Counted from the whole stretch's first letter, positions 9,497 to 19,382 are shown. The stretch is DNA of 62,036 nucleotides, filler included, from 6 parts of 6 records of this genome joined end to end with filler, not necessarily neighbours in it, one strand, 5' to 3'. Made by a program: numbers and translations. Notes: generated by a model not told the origin, from the sequence alone.

Positions 9497-10108
9497 ATGC
9501 ACACTCGACCGACCGTCCGACAGACCCTGGCGCTGGTGGCGCCGCTGCTGATCGCGCTGACGGCGGCGTTGTTCAGCCCGCCGGCCAGCGCCCAGATCAG
9601 CGAGGAGCAGGCCCGGCAGGTACGGTCGCTGCTGGCGGACAGCCACTGGGTGGCGGAAGGGCCGGAAAATCCGGAGCGGGTCGCCTACATGTTCACCGAC
9701 ATGGAATGCCCGTACTGCGCGCGCCAGTGGGAGGCGATGCGGCCCTTTATCGACGACCCGGACAACGTCACCCAGGTGCGCCATATCATTGTCGGCATTC
9801 TCAAACCGCAGAGCCACGCCAAGGGCGCCGCGGTGCTCGCCGCCGACGACCCGCTGGCGGCCCTGGAGAAAGGGCAAAAAGAGTTCGACGCCGGCGGCCT
9901 GGCACCGTTGCGGGATATCCCGGAGGACATCAGCCGGGCGCTGGGGGAGAACCGAATGCTGATGCAGCGGCTGGGCATTCGCGGCACGCCGGCGACGATC
10001 TTCACCGATACCCGGGGGCAACTGCAGTTCGCCCCGGGTTTGATGGGCGAGTCGCTGCTGGCGACCCATCTGTTTCAGATGGAAGCGGACGCCGGCGTCA
10101 GTCGCTGA
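9497..10108 (+). CDS. dsbG: DsbG-like thioredoxin-fold protein, short form
   Basis: Signal peptide, SHWVAEG, FTDMECPYC, VRHIIVGILKPQS, GIRGTPA. Confidence 0.78.
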   Translation: MHTRPTVRQTLALVAPLLIALTAALFSPPASAQISEEQARQVRSLLADSHWVAEGPENPERVAYMFTDMECPYCARQWEAMRPFIDDPDNVTQVRHIIVGILKPQSHAKGAAVLAADDPLAALEKGQKEFDAGGLAPLRDIPEDISRALGENRMLMQRLGIRGTPATIFTDTRGQLQFAPGLMGESLLATHLFQMEADAGVSR

Positions 10109-11378
10109 GCCAGCTGACCTTGCCCTGGCAGACGGTGAGCTTGACCACCCCGGGCAGGGTGGCGTTGCGCCAGGGCGAGTTACGGCCCGCCGACAGCCAG
10201 TGGCTGGCCAGGCCGCGGCTTTCATCGGCGGCCAGCACGCACAGGCTGGCCGGGCGGCCGGCTTCCAGCTGCCCCGCCTGAATACCCAGGCAGCGGGCCG
10301 GCGCGGCGGTGACCGCGTCCAGCGCCCGGTGCAGCGGCAAAGCGCCCTCCGCCACCAGCTTGAGAATCAGCGGCAGCAGGCTGTCCAGGCCGGAGATGCC
10401 CGGTTTGGAGGCCGGGAACGGCGCCGCCTTGCTCGACGACCCCACCGGCTGGTGCTGGGAGCAGATGGCGTCGATGGTGCCGTCCGCCACCGCCGCCAGC
10501 AGCGCTTCCCGGTCGGCGGCGCCGCGCAGTGGCGGAATCACATGGCAGTGGCTGTTGAAGCCTTCGATGGCGGACTCGTCCAACAGCAGATGGTGAATAC
10601 TCACATCGGCGGTGACCGGCAGGCCCCGTGCCTTGGCTTCGCGCAGCAGCCACAGGGACTGGCGGCTGGAGATCTGCTGGAAGTGGGCGCGCACGCCGGT
10701 GGCTTCCACCAGCAGCAGGTCGCGGGCCAGGTCCACCGACTCCGCCACGGCGGGGATGCCGGGCAGACCCAGGCGGGTGGCCACCGGCCCGTCGTGGGCG
10801 CAGCCACCGCCGGCCAGGGCCGCGTCCTGAGGACGGAACATCACCGGCAGATCAAAGGTGGCGGCGTACTCCAGGCCGCGCTTGAGCACCAGGGCGTCGA
10901 CCACACGGGCGCCGGCCTGGCCCACGGCGATGCAGCCGGCCCGGGCCAGCGTCGCCATCTCCGCCAGCTGATTGCCTTCCAGCCCCTGGGTGAGCGCGGC
11001 CACCGGCAGCACCCGGGCGAAGCCGGCCTGGCCGGCCTGCTCGCGGATCAGCCGCACCACCGCGGTGGAGTCCACCGGACCGCAGTCCGGCTGCGCCGCC
11101 ATGTGGGTGATGCCGCCGCCGGCGGCGGCGCGGGTTTCCGAGGCGATGTCGCCGGCGCGGCCGCTGCCGGGCAGGGACAGGTGCACGCAGGCGTCCACCA
11201 GACCGGGGATCACCCAGTGGCCCTCGGCGTCGATAAGCTCGGCGCCGGGGGCGTCCAGGCTGGCGCCGATGCGCACCAGCCGGCCGTCTTCCACCAGCAG
11301 GTCGGCCACTTCGTCACGGCCGGAGAGCGGGTCGATCACCCGGCCCTTGCGGATCAGCAGATGGGCTCTAGCGGCCAT
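10098..11378 (-). CDS. pyrC: Dihydroorotase-like PyrC' (probably the inactive structural subunit of ATCase)
   Basis: Amidohydrolase fold; metal motif degenerate (PGLVDACVH) and SQHQP in place of SDHAP; overlaps pyrB. Confidence 0.88.
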   Translation of the reverse strand: MAARAHLLIRKGRVIDPLSGRDEVADLLVEDGRLVRIGASLDAPGAELIDAEGHWVIPGLVDACVHLSLPGSGRAGDIASETRAAAGGGITHMAAQPDCGPVDSTAVVRLIREQAGQAGFARVLPVAALTQGLEGNQLAEMATLARAGCIAVGQAGARVVDALVLKRGLEYAATFDLPVMFRPQDAALAGGGCAHDGPVATRLGLPGIPAVAESVDLARDLLLVEATGVRAHFQQISSRQSLWLLREAKARGLPVTADVSIHHLLLDESAIEGFNSHCHVIPPLRGAADREALLAAVADGTIDAICSQHQPVGSSSKAAPFPASKPGISGLDSLLPLILKLVAEGALPLHRALDAVTAAPARCLGIQAGQLEAGRPASLCVLAADESRGLASHWLSAGRNSPWRNATLPGVVKLTVCQGKVSWLSD

Positions 11379-12154
11379 GGTCGCCTCCGTGGTCCGGGTT
11401 GCTTTCCTGGCCGCTGATGGTCATCGACATCACCGCCATACGCACCGCGATGCCGAACGTCACCTGGTTGAGAATCACCGAGCGCGGGCCGTCGGCCACT
11501 TCCGAGGCGATCTCCACGCCCCGGTTGATCGGCCCCGGGTGCATGACGATGGCGTCCGGGCGGGCGTGGCGCAGCTTCTCGTTGTTGAGGCCGTAGAGGC
11601 GGAAGAATTCGCCCTCGCTGGGCAGCAGCGCGGAATCCATGCGCTCCTTCTGCAGGCGCAACATGATCACCACGTCCACGTCCTTGAGGCCCTGGGCCAT
11701 GTCGGTGAACACGGTGACGCCGAGCTGCTCCACGTCGGTGGGCAGCAGGGTGCGCGGGCCGATCAGCCGCACTTCCTCGGCGCCGAGGATATTGAGCGCG
11801 TGGATCTGCGAGCGCGCCACCCGCGAATGCAGGATGTCGCCGACAATCGCCACCCGCAGGCCGGCGAAGCCGCCCTTGTAGTGGCGGATGGTGTACATAT
11901 CCAGCATCGCCTGGGTGGGGTGGGCGTGGCGGCCGTCACCGGCGTTGATCACCGCCACTCTCGGCGTCACCTCATTGGCGATGAAGAAGGGCGCGCCGGA
12001 ATCCTGATGGCGCACCACGAACATGTCGGCGGCCATTGCCTCCAGGTTGCGCAGGGTGTCGAGCAGGGTTTCGCCCTTGCTGGTAGCCGACTTGGCGATG
12101 TCCAGGTTGAGCACGTCGGCGCTGAGCCGCTTGGCGGCCAGCTCGAAGGTGCTG
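11368..12154 (-). CDS. pyrB: Aspartate carbamoyltransferase catalytic subunit (5'-truncated by contig end)
   Basis: [48 protein letters not shown]. Confidence 0.96.
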
Positions 12155-12254
12155 NNNNNNNNNNNNNNNNNNNNNNNNNNNNNNNNNNNNNNNNNNNNTT
12201 AATTAATTAANNNNNNNNNNNNNNNNNNNNNNNNNNNNNNNNNNNNNNNNNNNN
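12155..12254. other. Artificial contig linker
   Basis: 44 N + TTAATTAATTAA (stops in six frames) + 44 N. Confidence 0.98.
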
Positions 12255-12281
12255 CGCCTTCGACCACTCGGCCACCTCTCC
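12255..12281 (-). tRNA. tRNA-Ser, 5' fragment cut by contig end
   Basis: Minus strand reads GGAGAGGTGGCCGAGTGGTCGAAGGCG (acceptor stem 5' strand plus D-arm typical of tRNA-Ser); anticodon not visible. Confidence 0.8.
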
Positions 12282-12463
12282 GTGGAGGCGACTTTTGATG
12301 CATTACGGAGGGGATTGCAATAGGCTTTCTGAGAAAAAGTTCAGTTTTTTTCATTGTCCGGCATTTTCTGCTAACCACCTGTGAACATGCAGTTAATCCC
12401 TAGCGCATTTGCGGCTATCAGGGCACATCGAGCCTCAAACTGTTCTGCCCCCCCCCTGCCAAT

Positions 12464-12501
12464 AAAAGACGCCGCCACAGGGGCCTCCTGCAGCGACGTT
12501 T
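12464..12501 (-). terminator. Rho-independent terminator after the MscS gene
   Basis: Minus strand ACGTCGCTGCAGG-loop-CCTGTGGCGGCGT followed by CTTTT. Confidence 0.65.
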
Positions 12502-12532
12502 GCGGGTCTTTTGACCGGAGGGAGGATCGAGC

Positions 12533-15076
12533 TCAGCGGTCGGCGTCCCCCTCTGCACCGTCTTCGACCGAAACGTCCGCGAGATCCGGTTTCAGGGGCG
12601 CGCTGTCCCGTGGGGGCAGACCGGGAGAAGACGCCGTTGGCTGCGCCGGACCAACGTCAGACGCGCCCGTCTCGCCCTGCAGGGCCTCGGGGTTGCGAAT
12701 CCAGATATCACGCTGTGCAAACGGAATCTCGATCCCTTCTTCGACGAAGCGCTTGGCGATTTCGTAGTTCATGTCCGATTTCACCGACAACACCCAGTTC
12801 ACATCACGCAGGATGGCGCGGATCTCGAAATCGAGGCTGTCAGCCCCGAACCCCTGGAACACCACAGCCGGCGCCGGGTTCATCAGCACCATCGGATGCG
12901 ATTTGGCGACCTCCATCAGGATCTTCTCGATCTTGCGCGGATCGGTGCCATAGGCCACGCCCACCGGCACGATCACCCGGCCCACGGTATTGCCGCGGGT
13001 GTAGTTGGTGACGGTGCCCGAGATCAGGTCAGAGTTCGGCACGATCACATCGGTGCGGTCGAAGGTCTCGATCCGGGTCGAACGCACCGAAATGTCGCGC
13101 ACATAGCCCATCAGCCCGCCAACCTCGATCCAGTCGCCCTTGGAGACCGGGCGTTCGATCAACAGGATGATGCCGGAGACGAAGTTCGACACGATGGTCT
13201 GCAGGCCAAAGCCGATCCCGACCGACAGCGCACCGGCCACGATCGCCAGCGACGACAGATCAAGACCAGCCGTGGACACCGCAATCAGCGCCGCCAGGAA
13301 GATGCCGATATAGCCCACGCCAGAGACGATGGCGTTCTGCCCACCCGGATCGATCTTGGTCTTGGGCAGCAGCGACGAGCGCAGGCTGCCCTGCAACAGA
13401 CGCGTCAGCACGTAGCCACTGGCAAAGATCACCACGAAGGTCAGGAAGATCGTCGGTGAGATCTTGGTGTCACCGATATCGAAGCCTTCGAGGAAGCGCG
13501 ACCAGAGCTCTGTCAGATCCGACGTGCGCGCGCCCCAGATCAGGGCAAAGAACGGCAGCGACAGGAGCGCCAGAACAAAGCCGGTCATCACCGAAAAAAG
13601 CGAGTCCTCTGCCCCCTGACCGTTGCGCGTCAGCCAGTCATAGATGTCGGACAAAAACCGCTGCAGCACCATGAGCGTCGTGACCAGCGCGAGTGTCAGG
13701 ATAACAGGATAGATGATGGCAATCGCTGCATTGATATAGCCAATCGCCCCCAGCACAGGCGCGATGAGTGCGAGACAAAACACCAGACGGCGCAGCAGCG
13801 ACATTGCCCGGCTTGCGCCCGCAGCTATAGCGCCCTCATCATCCTCGCCACTGGCCCCCATATCATCTTCGCGACGCTGACGCGCACGGATACGGTTCAA
13901 CCGCACCAGCAAGAGCGACGCCAGCAGGATCAGCGGCCAGCTCAAAACAGCATAGGTACCATCATCGAAATTCTCGATGGTGTCGAGGCGGTCCAGCACC
14001 AGCTGCATAACCAGTACAAGCGCCAGCGAAACCAGCAGCACACGCACCTGTCTTTGGGCGCGGGGCTCGAATGGGATCAGCTCGTTGGTGATCTGGTAGA
14101 CATAGAGCCGCTCGCCGAGCCAGTGGGAGGCGAAGAGGAGGAACGACCACAACGGCACATCATCCAGGAGCAGCGTGCCACGCACGCCAAGCACGCCCGA
14201 AAGATCGATGGCCCGCACAAGAAGAACCGTGCCCACATAAGGCAGAAGGACCTGCAGCAACGACACGATGAAACGCCACACACCGGTACCGCGCCAGCCC
14301 AGCTCTCGCAGATATGCACCCGCTTTCTGGGCCCAGTGTCGCCCCCGCCCCAGCAACAGCAAAGCAGCTGCAGTCAGCAGCAACAGGACCGGCAGACGCG
14401 AACGGATGGTTTCGCGGGTGGTGGCATTGGACATCAGACCCGCAGTCTCGTGCCAGAACGCGCCCAGAACCTTGGCGGTGTCCGACAGTGCAGCGGGCCA
14501 ATTTTCTGGATTGAGCGGCATCGGCACCCGCTCAAGAAGGGTGCGCGTCGCGCGCTCCCGGATCAGTTTGTCGATTTCCGTAATGAGGCCCTGCGCACGG
14601 CTGTAGCCAAGGTCCGCGAGCACCTGCGGCGCTGTCTGCGTCGCGAGCTGGCTTTGCAGCTCCTCGCGCAGTTTGGCAATGTTATCCGGCTCGCTCTTGC
14701 CCTCCTCCGGGACTGGACCCAGTGCTTCGATCTGGGCACGCAGGGTCTTGAGGCGGTCCCCATTCTGGTTGCCTGCATCCAAGAACTGCTGACGATACCC
14801 CGTCAGTTCGACCCGCAGCGCCTCCAGCGCGCCATTGGAGGCGCGCTTGGCGTCAAGAACGCGTTCGGCCCGGACAGCAGTGCGCTGCCAGGATTCGTAA
14901 TACTCACCCAGGGCGCCGGAGGCCGCATCCTGAGCAAGATCGCGGGCCTCAGTGAGGCCCGCGCTACTCTCTGCAGTCTGGGTCGCAGAAACGGTCTGCG
15001 ACAGTGCCGCCAGCGGCAGCAGCAGGCAGGTCAGCGACAGCAGACCGACCTGGATGAGTTTCTTCAAGTCGGCCAT
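12533..15076 (-). CDS. Large MscS-family mechanosensitive channel with periplasmic DUF3772-like domain
   Basis: Signal peptide, coiled N-terminus, many TMs, GALSVGIGFGLQTIVSNFVSG, GDWIEVG, IVPNSDLI, GIEIPFAQRD. Confidence 0.92.
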   Translation of the reverse strand: MADLKKLIQVGLLSLTCLLLPLAALSQTVSATQTAESSAGLTEARDLAQDAASGALGEYYESWQRTAVRAERVLDAKRASNGALEALRVELTGYRQQFLDAGNQNGDRLKTLRAQIEALGPVPEEGKSEPDNIAKLREELQSQLATQTAPQVLADLGYSRAQGLITEIDKLIRERATRTLLERVPMPLNPENWPAALSDTAKVLGAFWHETAGLMSNATTRETIRSRLPVLLLLTAAALLLLGRGRHWAQKAGAYLRELGWRGTGVWRFIVSLLQVLLPYVGTVLLVRAIDLSGVLGVRGTLLLDDVPLWSFLLFASHWLGERLYVYQITNELIPFEPRAQRQVRVLLVSLALVLVMQLVLDRLDTIENFDDGTYAVLSWPLILLASLLLVRLNRIRARQRREDDMGASGEDDEGAIAAGASRAMSLLRRLVFCLALIAPVLGAIGYINAAIAIIYPVILTLALVTTLMVLQRFLSDIYDWLTRNGQGAEDSLFSVMTGFVLALLSLPFFALIWGARTSDLTELWSRFLEGFDIGDTKISPTIFLTFVVIFASGYVLTRLLQGSLRSSLLPKTKIDPGGQNAIVSGVGYIGIFLAALIAVSTAGLDLSSLAIVAGALSVGIGFGLQTIVSNFVSGIILLIERPVSKGDWIEVGGLMGYVRDISVRSTRIETFDRTDVIVPNSDLISGTVTNYTRGNTVGRVIVPVGVAYGTDPRKIEKILMEVAKSHPMVLMNPAPAVVFQGFGADSLDFEIRAILRDVNWVLSVKSDMNYEIAKRFVEEGIEIPFAQRDIWIRNPEALQGETGASDVGPAQPTASSPGLPPRDSAPLKPDLADVSVEDGAEGDADR

Positions 15077-15081
15077 TTGGG

Positions 15082-16116
15082 TCAGCTGTCCTCGAACACG
15101 CCCGGTATGGAGGCCGGGCTATGGGTCATCCAATCCGGAACCGGAAGGCCCTTGTCCTTCAGGAAATCCGGATTGAACAGTTTCGACTGGTACCGCGTGC
15201 CATAATCGCAAAGCACCGTGACGATGGTATGACCCGGCCCCATGTCCTTGGCCAGGCGCACTGCCCCGGCGATGTTGATGCCAGAGGATCCGCCCAGCAC
15301 CAGTCCTTCTTCGTGCAGCAGGTCAAAGACGTAAGGCAGCGCCTCTGCGTCGGGGATCTGATAGTTGAAGTCGGGCTTGAGACCTTCCAGATTCTTCGTG
15401 ATCCGCCCCTGCCCGATCCCTTCGGTGATGGAGGATCCTTCGGACGCCAGCTCTCCGGTGGTGTAGAAGGAATAGAGCGCGGCACCGTTTGGATCCGCGA
15501 GACCGATCTTCACCCCTTTGGGTTGCAGCGCCTCGGCGATACCGGCCAAGGTGCCACCCGAGCCAACGGCGCAGATGAAGCCATCGACCTTGCCGCCCGT
15601 CTGTTCCCAGATCTCCGGCCCGGTGGTTTCCACATGGGCCTGACGGTTGGCCACGTTGTCGAACTGATTGGCCCAGATCGCGCCATTTGGTTCGGTTTTG
15701 GCAAGCTCAGCCGCAAGACGCTCCGAATAGCGAACATAGTTGTTCGGATTCTTATAGGGCGCGGCAGGCACCTGGACCAGTTGCGCCCCAGCGAGGCGCA
15801 GCATGTCCTTCTTTTCTTCGGACTGGGTTTCCGGGATCACGATCACCGTCTTGAAGCCCATGGAGGCCCCAACCAGCGCCAGACCGATGCCGGTGTTGCC
15901 TGCGGTGCCTTCGACAATTGTGCCTCCGGGCTTCAAATCGCCCCGGGCAATCGCATCCTTGATGATATAGAGCGCCGCGCGATCCTTGACGGATTGGCCG
16001 GGGTTCAAGAACTCCGCCTTGCCAAGAATTTCGCAGCCGGTCTCTTCGCTGACTTTGTTCAGACGGATCAGAGGGGTATGGCCGACCGCATCGGCCAGAT
16101 CGCGTGCAATGCGCAT
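15082..16116 (-). CDS. cysK: Cysteine synthase A
   Basis: PLP lysine motif KAEFLNPGQSVKDR, EGTAGNTG, GSGGT; start set at MRIARDL (GGAGG-like RBS region). Confidence 0.93.
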   Translation of the reverse strand: MRIARDLADAVGHTPLIRLNKVSEETGCEILGKAEFLNPGQSVKDRAALYIIKDAIARGDLKPGGTIVEGTAGNTGIGLALVGASMGFKTVIVIPETQSEEKKDMLRLAGAQLVQVPAAPYKNPNNYVRYSERLAAELAKTEPNGAIWANQFDNVANRQAHVETTGPEIWEQTGGKVDGFICAVGSGGTLAGIAEALQPKGVKIGLADPNGAALYSFYTTGELASEGSSITEGIGQGRITKNLEGLKPDFNYQIPDAEALPYVFDLLHEEGLVLGGSSGINIAGAVRLAKDMGPGHTIVTVLCDYGTRYQSKLFNPDFLKDKGLPVPDWMTHSPASIPGVFEDS

Positions 16117-16209
16117 GGAGGTCCCTTTCGCTCGTTCCCTTTTGATGTAGCCGGGGCCAAGCACGATCACAAGGGCGCGCAAGGCTCACCGCAGGTCTGG
16201 CACGTGGTG

Positions 16210-17325
16210 TCAGCCGAATTCAGCGCGAAGACGGTCCCTGTGACGCGCCAGCCAGAGCGCTGCTGTCACCAAAGGCATGTCCTGAAAGGTACGGTCGTCC
16301 ACCTGCGCCATCAAATCTTGGAACGAGATGACTTTACTGCGGATGTCTTCGCCCTCGCCTGCCAAACCACCACCGCCTTCGATCTCGTCGAACGAGGCAA
16401 GGCCACAGAAGATATGGATGAACTCGCCAGACGAACCGCTGGAAGGGTAGAGACTGCCCACGGGTTCCAGATGACCAACACTCACCCCGGCTTCTTCTCT
16501 GGCCTCGCGCCGTGCCGCGTCTTGCGGTGTTTCCCCTGGATCAACCAGACCTGCGGGCGGCTCCCACCTCCAGGGGGCAGGTTCGCCAGCGATGAAGATC
16601 GCGGCGCGAAACTGCTGTACCAACAGCACGGCGTCCCGCTTGATATCATAGGGCAAAAGCACAGCAGCCTCACCCACAAGCATCGCCCCACGGTTGATAA
16701 CCGGCCCCATGGCCCCGTCAAACTGACGGTGTTGCAGGTCCATTTCCTCCATTGCGAAGAAATTGACGTATTCTCGCTTGTGCGCATGCACAATCACATC
16801 GCGGGACAGATCATATTGCGGATCGGAGGGGCGCTGCTGTGCCGCGCACCAGGCCGAGGCGCGCATGCGCATGGAGTGCAACGACTGAACCATGTCCGGC
16901 GCGGGTTTGCGACCGCGATGCGCCATGATTTCCTCAGCCATCCGCGCAGCAACAGCCGTCCAGACGGACGCCCAATCGCACAGAGAGGTTGCAGCCGCCT
17001 CGACAGCGGTTTCGCTGACATAAGCTACGGCCTCACGGCGTTCGCCCGCGACCGATACGGTACACGGATATGGGGATCTGGCAAAACAGCGTTGATAATA
17101 GGTGATCGCAGCACAGTCGTTGGCGGACAGATCACAGAGCAACAATCCCTCAACCGTTGCACCCGCACGGGACACCACTGCAGGTGAATGGGCAGGATCG
17201 GTGACCACCAGTGCGTGCCCATCCAACCCGGCTGAACAGCTTCGTATGGTTTCGGGGGCGTGAGAAACAACCGCCCCCAGCACTTCCGGCAACCGCAACG
17301 CACCGGCAACAAACACATCTGTCAC
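16210..17325 (-). CDS. trgB: TrgB-like protein: N-terminal GGCT/AIG2-like domain fused to a Nudix (ADP-ribose pyrophosphatase-like) domain
   Basis: Nudix box GLVDPGETPQDAARREAREEAG, VLLPYD..LVQQFR, EGEDIR; lies between trgA and cysK. Confidence 0.8.
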   Translation of the reverse strand: MTDVFVAGALRLPEVLGAVVSHAPETIRSCSAGLDGHALVVTDPAHSPAVVSRAGATVEGLLLCDLSANDCAAITYYQRCFARSPYPCTVSVAGERREAVAYVSETAVEAAATSLCDWASVWTAVAARMAEEIMAHRGRKPAPDMVQSLHSMRMRASAWCAAQQRPSDPQYDLSRDVIVHAHKREYVNFFAMEEMDLQHRQFDGAMGPVINRGAMLVGEAAVLLPYDIKRDAVLLVQQFRAAIFIAGEPAPWRWEPPAGLVDPGETPQDAARREAREEAGVSVGHLEPVGSLYPSSGSSGEFIHIFCGLASFDEIEGGGGLAGEGEDIRSKVISFQDLMAQVDDRTFQDMPLVTAALWLARHRDRLRAEFG

Positions 17326-17349
17326 GAAGATTACCCTTCCCGAAGCCTT

Positions 17350-17790
17350 CTATTTCCAGCGTTTATTGGCCGCTTCCGTCGCCAATCCAACAAGAACACC
17401 ACCAACCACAAACGTCACCAGAACGCTTGGGACCGCCATGATGAAAAAATACTCCAGCGCGATCGTAAAAATCGCAGCCAACGCCTCGAACGGACCGTCG
17501 TAGACATGCCGATTGGCAAGACGGAACATCTCTACGGCGCCTTGCAGGACCAGCGCCAGAAGCACCAGAACCGCGGTGCCCGTAAGACCGTTGTTGATGC
17601 CGGGCACCAGACCGCGCCCCGCCCGTGGGCCAATAACGCGCCAGCCGACAACAAGCGCCAAGCCAATGTTCACATGCGTGAAATAACCAAAGTCAGTATC
17701 ATCGGGCATCAGCGGCATGATTTGCCCCGACAGGATAAAAGCCAGGGCGGCAAGGGCAAATGCCGCCACCAGGCGGGCTGCAGTGGGCAT
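17350..17790 (-). CDS. trgA: TrgA family membrane protein
   Basis: MPTAARLVAA start, four hydrophobic segments, YDGPFEAL motif; trgA-trgB-cysK order known from Rhodobacter. Confidence 0.8.
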   Translation of the reverse strand: MPTAARLVAAFALAALAFILSGQIMPLMPDDTDFGYFTHVNIGLALVVGWRVIGPRAGRGLVPGINNGLTGTAVLVLLALVLQGAVEMFRLANRHVYDGPFEALAAIFTIALEYFFIMAVPSVLVTFVVGGVLVGLATEAANKRWK

Positions 17791-17927
17791 CGTGTATTTG
17801 TTCCTGCGAAGCTGCTTGATCGAGGCCCACGGTAGGCCCAGGGTCTTCACAAATCCAGTGGCAACACGGGTTTTCTCTGGACGGGTGGCCTCAATCCCTC
17901 ATCTAGGAGACATCACCCGGACGACGG

Positions 17928-19352
17928 TCATCCTGTGTCTCGGCTGTCTTTATAGGCTTCCAACGCGCGCTCACGCCCACGCTTGAGATCGATCACCGGC
18001 TCGGGGCGCTTCATGTCGGGGTCCAGCTCCCAACTGCGCGGGATCGCGTGGTAAAAATCAAGCGCCGTGCGCGGGCAATCAGACTGCCCCTCCGCAATCC
18101 AGTTGCGCACATAGCGCCCCTTGGGGTCGAACTTCTCCAACTGACCATCGGGATTGAAAATGCGAAAGAAGGGTGCCGCATCGGGGCCAGAGCCTGCAAC
18201 CCATTGCCACCCCATCGCATTGGAGGCTGGATCCCAGTCCACCAGACAGTCCTCGAACCATTGCATGCCATGCTTCCAGTGGATCATCAGATGCTTGGTC
18301 AGGAAACTCGCCACGATCATCCGGGCGCGATTGTGCATCTTACCGGTGACATAGAGCTCCCGCATCGCCGCATCGACGAAATCATATCCGGTCCGCCCCT
18401 GCTGCCAGCGCAACAAGGCCTCGCCCGGATCGTCCTGCCAAGGAAACCCATCCCATTCCTCGCGCCAGTTGCGGGTCAGGATCTGCGGAGAGTGATACAT
18501 CAGATGATAGGCAAACTCGCGCCAGACCACCTCCTTGAGGAAATGCTCCGCACCCTGTTTGCCATTCGCCATGGCGCGCGCGCCCAAGTGCCACATGCGG
18601 TGCGGGCTGATCTCGCCCCAGGCCAGATTCTCCGAGAGCTCCGAGGTGGCCGCCCGCGCCGGGAAATCCCGGTCCGTCTTGTAGCTCGCCACGCGGTCGT
18701 CGAGGAAATCGTCCAGCTGTTCGAGCGCCGCGTCTTCGCCCACCCGGCAATAGGGCGCGACGACATCCGCTCCGCGGCCCATCGCGGCGCCCATGGAGTA
18801 GTCGGCCAGCCGATCAGTTTTGGGCCAATCCTCGGGTTTGGCCAGGCGTGCGGGCGCGTCGATCAGATCATCAACGCCGCGGTCGCGGACCGATTTCCAG
18901 AACGGCGTGTAGACCTTGTACATGCCGCCCTCTTTGGTCGCCACGGTCCAAGGCTCGAACATCAGACGGCCGCCAGTGGATTTCACCGTGATATCAGCGG
19001 CTTTGAGCTGCTCCTTGATCTCTGAATCGCGTTTGATAGCATCCGGGTCATAAAGCCGGGACCAGACGACGTGACCGGCGCCGCTTTCTGCGATCACGTC
19101 GCGCAACACATCAAGCGCCTTGTCTCGGCGCAGGGTCAGGCGACTGCCGCGCCCTTCCAACGCCTTGGCAAACCGCTCCAGCCCAAGGCCTAGGCGAAAC
19201 TTGGGCGCTGCTCCCAACCCTTCGTCCTGCGGGTCGTGGATGTAGAGCGGGATGATCGGCGCACCCGTCTCCAATGCGGCGCTCAGGGCCGGGTTGTCGC
19301 GCAGGCGCAGGTCGCGCCGGATCCACCAGATCACCGGTCGGGTGTCAGCCAT
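17928..19352 (-). CDS. Deoxyribodipyrimidine (CPD) photolyase
   Basis: RRDLRLRDNPAL, WQQGRTGYDFVDAAMREL, MHNRARMIVASFL, WQWVAGSGPDAAPFFRIFNP. Confidence 0.95.
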   Translation of the reverse strand: MADTRPVIWWIRRDLRLRDNPALSAALETGAPIIPLYIHDPQDEGLGAAPKFRLGLGLERFAKALEGRGSRLTLRRDKALDVLRDVIAESGAGHVVWSRLYDPDAIKRDSEIKEQLKAADITVKSTGGRLMFEPWTVATKEGGMYKVYTPFWKSVRDRGVDDLIDAPARLAKPEDWPKTDRLADYSMGAAMGRGADVVAPYCRVGEDAALEQLDDFLDDRVASYKTDRDFPARAATSELSENLAWGEISPHRMWHLGARAMANGKQGAEHFLKEVVWREFAYHLMYHSPQILTRNWREEWDGFPWQDDPGEALLRWQQGRTGYDFVDAAMRELYVTGKMHNRARMIVASFLTKHLMIHWKHGMQWFEDCLVDWDPASNAMGWQWVAGSGPDAAPFFRIFNPDGQLEKFDPKGRYVRNWIAEGQSDCPRTALDFYHAIPRSWELDPDMKRPEPVIDLKRGRERALEAYKDSRDTG

Positions 19353-19382
19353 GGTCAGTCATATCCCTTGATCGTCCGAACG

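Noticed and set aside
12155-12254. Repeated TTAATTAATTAA motif at five places
   Set aside because: Identical N-flanked six-frame-stop spacer; an assembly concatenation artefact, not a biological repeat or CRISPR.
15121-17187. 688-aa plus-strand ORF
   Set aside because: Antisense shadow of cysK and trgB; no recognisable motifs.
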